A stretch of 64,000 nucleotides of DNA from a virus, in IMG/VR virus record IMGVR_UViG_3300008952_000006, positions 1 through 64,000 of that record; one strand, written 5' to 3'. Positions within the stretch are counted from its first letter, which is position 1, and the number at the start of each line of letters is the position of its first letter. The notes beneath the pieces were generated by a model, which was not told the origin of the DNA, searched no databases, and saw only the letters and a program-made list of their open reading frames with translations. Positions 49,887-58,388 of the stretch are shown here, one piece after another. The position numbers were made by a program, and so were the translations under genes.

Positions 49887-50183
49887 TGGGTAATAACGTT
49901 AAAGTATTACAGGATATACAGCAAGAAAAAGAAAATAAAAAATTTTACGAGTTCGCGGAAAGGCTGGAAAAAGCTGGGGTTTTCCCGAGAGAGTACGATT
50001 TAGAGTCGTTGAAAACCCTCTATACGGCTGCTGAGGCGGTGCATCGTCACTTATGCAGACTTGACAGGGGGTACTACACAAAAGCTAGGGAGGTTAAGCT
50101 GTTTGAACTGGCAAATGTATACTCTGACGGAAAGTCAGGGTTACGGAAGCTAGTGTAGCTTAACTAACAGGAGGAGCTATAAA

Positions 50184-50432
50184 ATGAGTAAGTATCTGAA
50201 AATCTGTGGAGCCGCCCTTGCTGCCGCTATTGTTTTAGGTGGCGCGGCCATCAAAATGGGTTGGATGGAGCTTTCAACAATAACGGATGCTATCCCAATG
50301 ATTGGGACAGCAGCCGAAGCTGAACCCACAACTGAATCAGAAGAGGCCGAAGAGCCTGCAGAAGCAACCGCTGAAGCAGAAGAAGCGGCCCCTGAAGAGG
50401 AAGCAAAAGACGAGGGAGACGCCGAAGAATAG
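50184..50432 (+). CDS. membrane-anchored acidic protein
   Basis: N-terminal TM; E/A-rich tail. Confidence 0.6.
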   Translation: MSKYLKICGAALAAAIVLGGAAIKMGWMELSTITDAIPMIGTAAEAEPTTESEEAEEPAEATAEAEEAAPEEEAKDEGDAEE

Positions 50433-50458
50433 GCGCTCCTCCGGTAAGGAATTTTCCC

Positions 50459-50782
50459 GTGAAGCATGTCATACCAAAAGAAGTCTCTCTCGGCGGCCAC
50501 TCTATCAAAGTAATCCGCAAAGAAGGTCTTCTTGAACATGCAGAAGCCTACGGTATCTTTGATGGCATTGAGTTAACAATAACAATTGACAAAAGCCTCA
50601 ATGATACCATGGCTTGGGAAACCTTCTGGCATGAAATAGTTGAGGCCATTAATTTTTTCTCAGAGGCCGATTTGGAGCATCGAACGATTCAGATCTTCGG
50701 GCTCCTTCTACATCAGACGGTAAACTCCGTACTTTCGGAACAGCAAGCAAAAAAGACTAATAAAAAGGCAGTTCCAAAGTAA
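50459..50782 (+). CDS. zincin-like hypothetical protein
   Basis: ETFWHEIVEAI (HExxE variant of HExxH). Confidence 0.5.
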   Translation: MKHVIPKEVSLGGHSIKVIRKEGLLEHAEAYGIFDGIELTITIDKSLNDTMAWETFWHEIVEAINFFSEADLEHRTIQIFGLLLHQTVNSVLSEQQAKKTNKKAVPK

Positions 50783-50803
50783 GAGCGTAACTCCGCCGAC
50801 TGC

Positions 50804-50831
50804 GCAAAATCACCACATACTTAGGTATAAT
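50804..50831 (+). promoter_or_regulatory. recurrent phage promoter motif heading the Ubl operon
   Basis: GCAAAA-N14-GGTATAAT. Confidence 0.7.
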
Positions 50832-50894
50832 AGAATTGTATGGATCCCAAAAGATCGCGTCTATTCAGATGATCAAGTTCATAGTCACTCTGTA

Positions 50895-51269
50895 CCTCTG
50901 CTCCCTTGGTTGCCATGGCATAACCGACGAGAGCCAGCGTCACACGATACTTCCTGGTTGAAGAACTGATAAGAGGCCCTTAGGGGCGACCTGTACATCC
51001 TGCGCGTAGCCAGACCCATTCGTGGGTAAGATACGATGACTGTCGGGAAAAGACCGCTTTCGAGTATTCAACGTCAATGTGATTCCCATGATAGCGTTTT
51101 ACGCTCGGTATTTGATTTTGTTGTTTGACTAGGCTGGTCCGCCGAAGCAGGACCTTGTAATTGTTGCTCGTGTGCCGAATTAATTCGTCCGTGCACAGGC
51201 AGCATGTCAATAGCAAAAGCCTTACAAATAGGTATCCTCCCAGTGTAGTAGCTGAGCGAAGAGCAGAGG
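50895..51269 (+). ncRNA. putative ~375-nt structured RNA leader
   Basis: CCTCTGCTC/GAGCAGAGG closing stem; nested ACTG/CAGT, GAGG/CCTC, ACCTGT/ATAGGT, TCCTGC/GCAGGA, ACCCA-TTCG-TGGGT, TTGTAA/TTACAA. Confidence 0.6.
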
Positions 51270-51273
51270 ATTC

Positions 51274-51645
51274 ATGAAAGAATTTGAAATGGTGCCAGGG
51301 CAAGAAGAGTATTGGGCTCTTGTTTCCCAGTCACTAAAGAACCGTAAAAAAGTTAAAACAACCAGCTATGGTGGCTGGACTATTACTAGTTATGTTGGTT
51401 CTCGACCAACAACTGAGACTGGCACAAATATTACTCATATAGAGTATAGCGCTAGTGCCAAAACGGGTGACTTCGAAAGATCGCAGGAGCCCAATCTGTC
51501 CGATGACCCACGAACGATTCGTGTAGACTTTGATGATACATCTGTTGTTACGCTTTCCGCAAAGACAATGGAAGAACTAACAAACAGACTGAAAGAGATT
51601 TTCAATGGTTTTCATTGGGAACAGGAGAAAGAAAGACATGTCTAA
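51274..51645 (+). CDS. hypothetical protein, first gene of the Ubl operon
   Basis: 123 aa; stop overlaps the Ubl start. Confidence 0.6.
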   Translation: MKEFEMVPGQEEYWALVSQSLKNRKKVKTTSYGGWTITSYVGSRPTTETGTNITHIEYSASAKTGDFERSQEPNLSDDPRTIRVDFDDTSVVTLSAKTMEELTNRLKEIFNGFHWEQEKERHV

Positions 51646-52204
51646 CTACTTTGAAGAACAATTAAACGAGGCTACCACCGCACGTGATAACTTTGTCGCA
51701 GCTATGGGCGCAGACTACAGCCGAAGCAACCTGGACCGGCTCCAGGCACTACAGTCACAGGTTGACGCCGCACAGGCGCAACTGCAATCTACAACCCCGT
51801 CCAATGGGTCTAACGGATCCAATGGGTCTAACGGGTCTAACGGTATCGCCGTTAACGTTCAGCCTGCAGATAGCAGCGACGAGAACGTCGAGATGTGTGT
51901 CGTAAGCTTCATCAGGCACGGCAAAACAGACCGCTGCCGTGAGGTGCGTGCAGACGCAACAATCGGTGATATTATCCACACCCTTAATCTTGAGGAGCGA
52001 GGGTCGTGGGATGTAAGCAAACTAACGTTCAAACGGCGCGTTGGCCCAGGGCAAACGGCTGATATCACTGATCCAGCAAACACCAAGTTGGGTCCTGGTA
52101 CACACGAAATCTGGGTTGGGGACAAAGTCTCTGGTGGGCGTCGGCCAAAGCATAGCTGGGGGTTTATCCTTGAGCACGTGCTTGTCAATCACTACGTTCA
52201 GTAG
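51638..52204 (+). CDS. ubiquitin-like protein (coiled coil, SNG linker, beta-grasp, GG, C-terminal extension)
   Basis: EVRADATIGDII beta-grasp pattern; KVSGG at 52124-52138 followed by 21 aa; adjacent to E2/JAB/E1. Confidence 0.75.
   Translation: MSNYFEEQLNEATTARDNFVAAMGADYSRSNLDRLQALQSQVDAAQAQLQSTTPSNGSNGSNGSNGSNGIAVNVQPADSSDENVEMCVVSFIRHGKTDRCREVRADATIGDIIHTLNLEERGSWDVSKLTFKRRVGPGQTADITDPANTKLGPGTHEIWVGDKVSGGRRPKHSWGFILEHVLVNHYVQ
51800..51844 (+). repeat. 5 x 9-bp tandem repeat encoding (SNG)5
   Basis: tccaatggg tctaacgga tccaatggg tctaacggg tctaacggt. Confidence 0.9.
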
Positions 52205-52225
52205 ACCAGACTTAAGACACGACCA

Positions 52226-52265
52226 TGGCGGGGGGCTCCTTACAGGGCCTCCCGCTATTTTTTTT
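52226..52265 (+). terminator. intrinsic terminator between Ubl and E2
   Basis: TGGCGGGGGGCTC/GGGCCTCCCGCTA plus T8. Confidence 0.8.
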
Positions 52266-52275
52266 GGAGGAAGAA

Positions 52276-53406
52276 ATGGCTGCAACCACTAACTGCTTTG
52301 TTCTAGATATTACAAAAAGCGAAGACCACATTGTTGAACAACTGCGCAGTGCGGTTGAGGCTGACTCAAAGAACGACACTGCGAGGATCCTAGAGCTTAA
52401 TGCTCGCATAAAGAAACTGGAGCCAATCTCTAAAATGAATGGCGTCAAAGTCGAAAAGCGGAGTGAAATATATGAGCGCATGCGTGCCCGTATGTCCGCA
52501 AAACATATAGAATACGAAAGAGCCCGAAACCGGGTTCGAACAGCTAGGGACAAGCACTGGGCAAGAATCACTAAGCAAGCTGAATGCGATGCCAGCATAG
52601 ACAGCCTGAAAACGGAAATATCCCGCATAAAACGAAGACTCGAGCATGCGGCAACTCTGTATGAAGGAGACGCCTTCGAAAGGCGAGCGTTGATGTTGAA
52701 ATTCGTTGCAGACCGCGTGGACACTAGCGTGCCAATTACGGTGCAAACCGTCAATGAAAACGAGCTAACAGTCAAATGGAAGACCAGCGACATCTATATA
52801 AAAGATGGTTTCGGTGGAACTCTCCCATTTAACTTTGGAAGCTTCCAGGTTCACATAACGTACAAAACCAGTTCCGAGCGGGGTAATCGTGTAGATGTAT
52901 ACTGTTACGACGCAGCTGATAACGATAAGAGGGCGGACTACTCACACCCGCACCTAAATGAACATGGGCATGCATGTCTCGGAAATCTAGCACCAATGCT
53001 TCTTAAGTTCCTAGGAGAGAAGGATATCGTCGGTGTTATAGAAAAGGTTACGGAGTTCCTTCAACACTACAATAGAGATAACCCGTATATAAAATTAGAG
53101 AACTGGTGCGAGAATAGGTGGGATAACGCCATTTGTGAGTCTGGTCGGCACATCCTAGCGGATTGCACCTGCCCAAGATGTGCTGGTTGTCGCCAAATTT
53201 TTGAAACCCCAGATATTGAAATAAGCGCCTGCGGGCACTGTCCTAGTTGCTGCATGGTCAGCCATATACACGTACCCACAATGACGGGTGTAAACGGTAC
53301 ACACTGCATCAATAGAGCAGAATACCGGCACGTTGAGTGCAACGAAACAAGCCCAGCGGGCTGTACGTATAAGCCAATTGGCGAGCCAACAAATGAAGGA
53401 GCATAG
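52276..53406 (+). CDS. prokaryotic E2 (UBC-like) protein with N-terminal coiled coil and C-terminal Cys/His-rich domain
   Basis: HPHLNEHGHACLGN catalytic motif, then FL.HYN..NPY; 13 Cys in the last ~100 aa. Confidence 0.8.
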   Translation: MAATTNCFVLDITKSEDHIVEQLRSAVEADSKNDTARILELNARIKKLEPISKMNGVKVEKRSEIYERMRARMSAKHIEYERARNRVRTARDKHWARITKQAECDASIDSLKTEISRIKRRLEHAATLYEGDAFERRALMLKFVADRVDTSVPITVQTVNENELTVKWKTSDIYIKDGFGGTLPFNFGSFQVHITYKTSSERGNRVDVYCYDAADNDKRADYSHPHLNEHGHACLGNLAPMLLKFLGEKDIVGVIEKVTEFLQHYNRDNPYIKLENWCENRWDNAICESGRHILADCTCPRCAGCRQIFETPDIEISACGHCPSCCMVSHIHVPTMTGVNGTHCINRAEYRHVECNETSPAGCTYKPIGEPTNEGA

Positions 53407-53407
53407 A

Positions 53408-54442
53408 ATGTCGAAAGTTCTAGAAAACCCAACAGTTCGTTTTACATACAAAGCGTATCAACAGATGCGCGACTTAACAAGAGACTGCCCCACTGAAGTC
53501 AGCGCGATGGGAATCATCGCAACGGACCAGCAACGAGAAGACTTGGGTATAGATGAAAGATTCTATATCCTAAGCTTTGTGGTCCCAGACCAAAGTTGTA
53601 CAGGAGTCTCGACCGTAATGAATACAGACTCTCTGAGTGAGATAGCCTTTGACCTTAGAGACAAGGGCATCCTGTCGGAGCAAGTCTGTGTCTGGTGGCA
53701 CAGCCACGTAAATATGGGAACAGGACACAGCGGCACAGACGAAAAACAGATTGAAGACTTCGACTTTGATGAGGTGTGTATATCACTCATCACCAATAAA
53801 GACGGTGATTTAAACTGTAGGGTCGATCTGTATAAGCCGATCAGATACTCCTTTGAGGAATGCGACTGGTGTGTTGATCCTGTAGATGTCTTAGAGAAGG
53901 ACTGGGCGAAAAAGCAGATCGAAGAGCATGTCTCGGTCCCAGCGCCTACCCGCTTAAATGTTGTTAAGGCACCAGTGGTAAAGAAAACCTACACCCCCTA
54001 CCAGTATGGCGGCTGGAACATGGGCGGTAACTATAGCTGGAACGGTGACTGGGAAGAGGAAGCCGAGGCTGAGAAGGATAAGTCGAAGGCGTCTTCCTAT
54101 GATGAGTACTGCAACTACGATAAAGACGTACCTGAAGTAAACTTCCCCGAGGAGCTTAAGCTGCTGGAGGAGCTACATGAAGAACACGTGGTAACCACAC
54201 AGGAGGCCATGGAGTACTACGCAAAATGGTACGCCAACGAGATAGGTACAGAGGAGCTGGAGGATGAGCTGCAAACTCTTTTCTATGAGAAAGAAATGGG
54301 CGGCGGCCAATCAGAGAAGGACGCAGATGAAGATGACGAGGACGCAGCTGGAAGAAAAATTCTAGAGTCCTTTGTCGTGCATGACATCAACGATGAAGTG
54401 GAAACGCCAAAAGTCTGTTCTGTTGTAGGAGGTTCAGAATGA
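53408..54442 (+). CDS. JAB/MPN+ metallo-isopeptidase with acidic tail
   Basis: TEVS...WWHSHVNMGTGHSGTD (E...HxH-x7-S-x2-D). Confidence 0.88.
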   Translation: MSKVLENPTVRFTYKAYQQMRDLTRDCPTEVSAMGIIATDQQREDLGIDERFYILSFVVPDQSCTGVSTVMNTDSLSEIAFDLRDKGILSEQVCVWWHSHVNMGTGHSGTDEKQIEDFDFDEVCISLITNKDGDLNCRVDLYKPIRYSFEECDWCVDPVDVLEKDWAKKQIEEHVSVPAPTRLNVVKAPVVKKTYTPYQYGGWNMGGNYSWNGDWEEEAEAEKDKSKASSYDEYCNYDKDVPEVNFPEELKLLEELHEEHVVTTQEAMEYYAKWYANEIGTEELEDELQTLFYEKEMGGGQSEKDADEDDEDAAGRKILESFVVHDINDEVETPKVCSVVGGSE

Positions 54443-55101
54443 TAGATACAACCCGACAGTCGGGGATTATCCCAGACAATAAGGTTCAAGAAATATCTGT
54501 CGCCATTGTCGGTGCGGGGTCCATTGGATCCCATACCGCCGAGGTGCTTTGTAAGATGGGTATTCGTAAATTACGCATCTTCGACTTCGACGACGTCGAA
54601 GGACACAACGTGGCCAACCAAGGCTATTACGTACCCGAAATTGGGTATAAGAAGTGTGAGGCTCTACGACTCCGACTTGGTTCGGGAACAGGGGTAGAAA
54701 TCATAGCCGAGAACCGGAGGTATGACGCCGGGGAAAAATTTCAAGAAGAATACGTTATCTCGGCAGTAGATAACATGTCTTCTCGAGCGGACATCTGGTC
54801 CGGTTTCCTAGCAAGCTCTGGTTGTCGCTACTTTCTAGACGCTCGTATGGGGGCAAGAAATGGTTCTGTGTTCTTCGTTGATAAGCGAAGCGTAGAATCA
54901 ATCTCCCGCTACGACCGGTCCTTGTTTCCTGACGAAGAAGCAGTTCAGTTACCGTGTACAGAGAAGAGCACCATCTTCTGTGCATATGGCCTCTCAGGTC
55001 TTATTGGTGCGCTCGTTGCCGAAAGTATTATCGGTGATAATGAGTTAAATTTCTCTGTGGATGTAGATTTCTCCAACATCCACATGTTTCGTAATACGTA
55101 A
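54439..55101 (+). CDS. ThiF/E1-like adenylating enzyme
   Basis: IVGAGSIGS, DFDDVEGHNVANQ, K, AVDN, DARMG, LPCT (candidate catalytic Cys). Confidence 0.92.
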   Translation: MIDTTRQSGIIPDNKVQEISVAIVGAGSIGSHTAEVLCKMGIRKLRIFDFDDVEGHNVANQGYYVPEIGYKKCEALRLRLGSGTGVEIIAENRRYDAGEKFQEEYVISAVDNMSSRADIWSGFLASSGCRYFLDARMGARNGSVFFVDKRSVESISRYDRSLFPDEEAVQLPCTEKSTIFCAYGLSGLIGALVAESIIGDNELNFSVDVDFSNIHMFRNT

Positions 55102-55137
55102 ATCCTAGCTAGCTTATACACTTATAGGGAGAATCTT

Positions 55138-55896
55138 ATGGCTACCAATAACCGCGATAAAAATCGTTTCAGCTTCGGGCAAATGGGAGATCAAATGGTC
55201 TCACTGATTGACGAAGAGACGGCACCTGCCGTCATCCGTATTGAATATAATAACGTCATCTGTGAGATGGCGAAAGTCACAAGTGGTGGTCGCACGTACT
55301 ATACGGGCGTCCCAAAGACAAAGGATGGGCACAAGTGTAAATTTGGTTTTACGCTTGATTGTTCTGGGTACTTCGAAGGAAGTGCCGCAATGAACTACAT
55401 CGCAATGGGCGGGTGGCGTCGGGGGACTAAAAAGCCCACCCACGCAGAGAAGGCTAAGCGACGAACAGAGTTCGTGATGCAATTCCTCTCAAACTGCATC
55501 CACCACCGCAGCCCAGACGTCTCCTCTGAGCACGGCTTAGAGGGTCTTAAGAAGCTTGTGTCAAGCAGAACAGGGATGGAAGTGGTCACGGGGGAAATGA
55601 CCCCCGAAGACCTACGAGGATTGGCTTTGATGGCCGTCCCCTTCTATCTCGTAGAAATCTGTAAAGGGCGGGGGTTGAAGATGGTGCTGGACATACCCAA
55701 GTATGTCTCCCGTCTAGTTCAACCGCAGTACGCCAAATGTGAGCTTGGTGAGTGGGACCACGAGAGTGGTCAGGTAGCCATTACCAGTGCGCTCTCCGCA
55801 GCGCAGGCGCAGCTTATGCAGGAAGCAGGGTACCGGTTCCGAAAGGTTCAATACTCTGTTAAAGCGGCAGCTGAGCCTAAAAAGCAAGAAGAGTAG
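55138..55896 (+). CDS. hypothetical protein at the end of the Ubl operon
   Basis: 252 aa; GGAG RBS; followed by a terminator. Confidence 0.65.
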   Translation: MATNNRDKNRFSFGQMGDQMVSLIDEETAPAVIRIEYNNVICEMAKVTSGGRTYYTGVPKTKDGHKCKFGFTLDCSGYFEGSAAMNYIAMGGWRRGTKKPTHAEKAKRRTEFVMQFLSNCIHHRSPDVSSEHGLEGLKKLVSSRTGMEVVTGEMTPEDLRGLALMAVPFYLVEICKGRGLKMVLDIPKYVSRLVQPQYAKCELGEWDHESGQVAITSALSAAQAQLMQEAGYRFRKVQYSVKAAAEPKKQEE

Positions 55897-55946
55897 ATAT
55901 GGGTGGGGCGCGGCGTTATGCCGTGCCCCTATCCCATCTAATTTTT
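55893..55946 (+). terminator. intrinsic terminator
   Basis: GGGGCGCGGC/GCCGTGCCCC hairpin plus T tract. Confidence 0.75.
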
Positions 55947-55961
55947 ATTTATGAAGAGGGG

Positions 55962-56076
55962 TGACAACAAAGAGGTTGTCAAATGACAACATTGTTATTG
56001 TCGGGCAAAACGCTGTACCAACGGCTACTTACATAGAATATGTGGTATAAGGCAACTGACAACAACGTATCTGTCA
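55962..56076. repeat. three TGACAAC-N6-GTTGTCA palindromes
   Basis: 55962-55981, 55984-56003, 56057-56076. Confidence 0.85.
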
Positions 56077-56108
56077 GGCATAGACACTTTTCACCCAAAG
56101 GAGGGCCT

Positions 56109-57194
56109 GTGAAAGTCATTGAAATTTTAAACATTAGAGCCACTCCGCACGTAAAAGTGCGCGCTTACCCAACAACGAGTACTAACCGGTGGTCCAGAAA
56201 CGACTTTACTGATCCAGAAGATGATGAAGTCTGGGATGAAGATGACCTTACCCCTGTTGAAAGAGGTCACGTGTATCTATGGAAAGAAGACGATGATGGT
56301 TGGATACATATCTTTATGCCGTTTAAAATAATGGATGAAGAAACAGGTATACTGCTCAGAGGCTTCCAGACATTCCGCAGTACAGCTCCTTTTGTAACTG
56401 GCAGAAATCATGCCTTGGATAAGCTAACTAAAAATCCAAAATCTTGTCTCCAGAACTTTAAATTTACTAAAGAGTATTTTAATACATTTAAAAAGAAAGT
56501 TAAGGCTATAGACGGGGTAGTAGAGAAAGATGAAATTGACGTAGAAGCTCTTCTTTCCCATATCCAGGAAACAAGAGAGACTGTAAAAGCGCTTAATAGC
56601 ACAGTAGCCTCTTTAAGAACCACCTACTGTGTAGCTTCCAGTGAAGTAAAACTAGACACAAGAGAAAAACTAGAAGAGGCATTAAAACAATTCTCTATGC
56701 TAAGAGACTCTTTCAGAGAATCCGGTAAAGAGAGAGTTGTGTTAGCAAAAATTCTAAGTCGTTTAAAAGAAGAGTCTGGAAGGAAAACAGCTTACATTGA
56801 AGCGAGCGAGTGGTTTAGTGTGTTAACAAAAGAACTAAACCTCGTGCGCAGTGCAGACTTCGACAGACTAGAAAGAGAGGCGGTTCATAAACACAGGGTA
56901 GACATTGGGGACCTAGATATGACAGCTAGACCACCCACACTAATGGCTCTTGGAGTTGAATTAGATAGGTTAAAACAGTACTTCCCGTGTCTTATAAAAC
57001 TTAAAGTAGTCAACACTCAAAACACCGAAGCAGTCTACCTGGACTTACCAGGGATAAAAATATCCCTCTTAAGCGATGGTGCTGTAAAAGTAGAAGGTGA
57101 CCCAGCAGTACTTAAACCATTCGTAGAAGGCTCATCCGCAGTTCAGGCTGCGGGGAGGCGTAGACGTACGATCTACACAGAAGATGAAAACTAG
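56109..57194 (+). CDS. hypothetical coiled-coil protein flanked by palindrome clusters
   Basis: GTG start with AAGGAGG RBS; visibly AT-richer than its neighbours. Confidence 0.65.
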   Translation: MKVIEILNIRATPHVKVRAYPTTSTNRWSRNDFTDPEDDEVWDEDDLTPVERGHVYLWKEDDDGWIHIFMPFKIMDEETGILLRGFQTFRSTAPFVTGRNHALDKLTKNPKSCLQNFKFTKEYFNTFKKKVKAIDGVVEKDEIDVEALLSHIQETRETVKALNSTVASLRTTYCVASSEVKLDTREKLEEALKQFSMLRDSFRESGKERVVLAKILSRLKEESGRKTAYIEASEWFSVLTKELNLVRSADFDRLEREAVHKHRVDIGDLDMTARPPTLMALGVELDRLKQYFPCLIKLKVVNTQNTEAVYLDLPGIKISLLSDGAVKVEGDPAVLKPFVEGSSAVQAAGRRRRTIYTEDEN

Positions 57195-57201
57195 GGAGGG
57201 G

Positions 57202-57315
57202 TGACAGAATGAAAGTTGTCACTCACCGTTATTCGGTAGAATCCCGTAAACAAAGGTAATACCTAGGTTTTTGGTGACAACAATGAAGTTGTCATCGACA
57301 AGGTGAAAGTTGTCA
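57202..57315. repeat. three TGACAAC-N6-GTTGTCA palindromes
   Basis: 57202-57221, 57275-57294, 57296-57315. Confidence 0.85.
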
Positions 57316-57470
57316 CCCTCTAGGTACTTGTGGCTTGCATATGGATGAAGTTATTACCAATAATGTTAAATAGAATTTCTATTTTACCAACACGCTCAGC
57401 TACTACGACAGACGAATTGTTAGTAGCTTTATCTGGCAGCAACACAGTGAAACATGCCAAAGGAGAAACT

Positions 57471-58388
57471 ATGGCGCAAGACCAACTAAAACTTAAGAAG
57501 TTTAAGTTTGAAGACATCGAACTCAACGTTGATGGCTTCCAGAATTGTAGAAAGGCAGACATATATGATGTCAAAGAATTAAAGGAGTCCATCAAGCGAG
57601 AAGGGCTTCTAAATCCGCCAATCGTGCGGGTTTATAAAGATGATGACGGAGAGCAAAGAATTGTTCTTTTAGCGGGGTATCGAAGATACCAAGCTATTTC
57701 AGAGGAACGAAACACTCGAAAAGAGGCTGGGGAGAGCACTGCTAAGTTTTACGACATGATTCAGTGCACTGTCTTCTCAGGGTCTTTGGACGAAGCTCTT
57801 GCATTAAACTTGAGTGAGAATATGCAAAGGCAGAAGCTCAATCATGCGGACCAATGCGAAGCCATTGCGAAGCTTGTGGAGCGTGTTGGTAACCAAGAAC
57901 AGGTTTCCGGTATGCTTAGCATCAGCCAGCCTCAAGTAAGTGTTATGACTTCCACCTACCTTGGTCTATGCAAGATGGGTTTAGAGGCGCTCCGACACGG
58001 AAATATCCGCCTGAACCTAGCCAAGAGATTGGCGAGGTACTTAAAAGAAGATGGCTCTCCTGATGTTAAAAAGCAGGAAGAAATCCTCGAAGAGATATTA
58101 ACCGCAAAAGACGGCTCCCTGCCTGAAGATGCTCAACGTAAACGGGCTAAGACATATAGGAGCAAGCGCGAAGTGGAAGAACTGCGTGCCTTGTTAGCGA
58201 ACGCAGAGGGCGATGAAGTTGACGCAGACTACCGTAAAGTATCCATGCAGTGGTGCAAATGGTATTTCTGCGAGCTAAACACCGACACGATGCTTTACCG
58301 AGTGGAGGAGGACACTGTAGAGCTTATCGAAGAAGAAGCGCCAAAGCCCAAGAAAAAGAAGCGTAAGAAAATTCGCGTGGGTGAATAA
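57471..58388 (+). CDS. parB: ParB/Spo0J-like protein
   Basis: ELKESIKREGLLNPPIVR, LLAGYRRYQA, LSENMQR..L, HTH NQEQVSGMLSISQPQVS. Confidence 0.85.
   Translation: MAQDQLKLKKFKFEDIELNVDGFQNCRKADIYDVKELKESIKREGLLNPPIVRVYKDDDGEQRIVLLAGYRRYQAISEERNTRKEAGESTAKFYDMIQCTVFSGSLDEALALNLSENMQRQKLNHADQCEAIAKLVERVGNQEQVSGMLSISQPQVSVMTSTYLGLCKMGLEALRHGNIRLNLAKRLARYLKEDGSPDVKKQEEILEEILTAKDGSLPEDAQRKRAKTYRSKREVEELRALLANAEGDEVDADYRKVSMQWCKWYFCELNTDTMLYRVEEDTVELIEEEAPKPKKKKRKKIRVGE

Noticed and set aside
50965-50992. Hammerhead-like CUGAUAAG plus hairpin
   Set aside because: No GAAA after stem II and the core deviates from CUGAUGA
50980-51303. 107-aa minus-strand ORF over the RNA leader
   Set aside because: Opposes the operon and lacks an RBS; the region is better explained by plus-strand RNA structure
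54439-55101. thiF/moeB for cofactor biosynthesis
   Set aside because: No thiG, moaE or rhodanese nearby; adjacent E2 and JAB point to protein conjugation
55952-57321. Transposon or IS with terminal inverted repeats (AGAGGG(G)TGACAAC at both ends)
   Set aside because: The enclosed protein shows no DDE, HUH or recombinase motif and I see no clear target-site duplication; kept as a binding-site array instead
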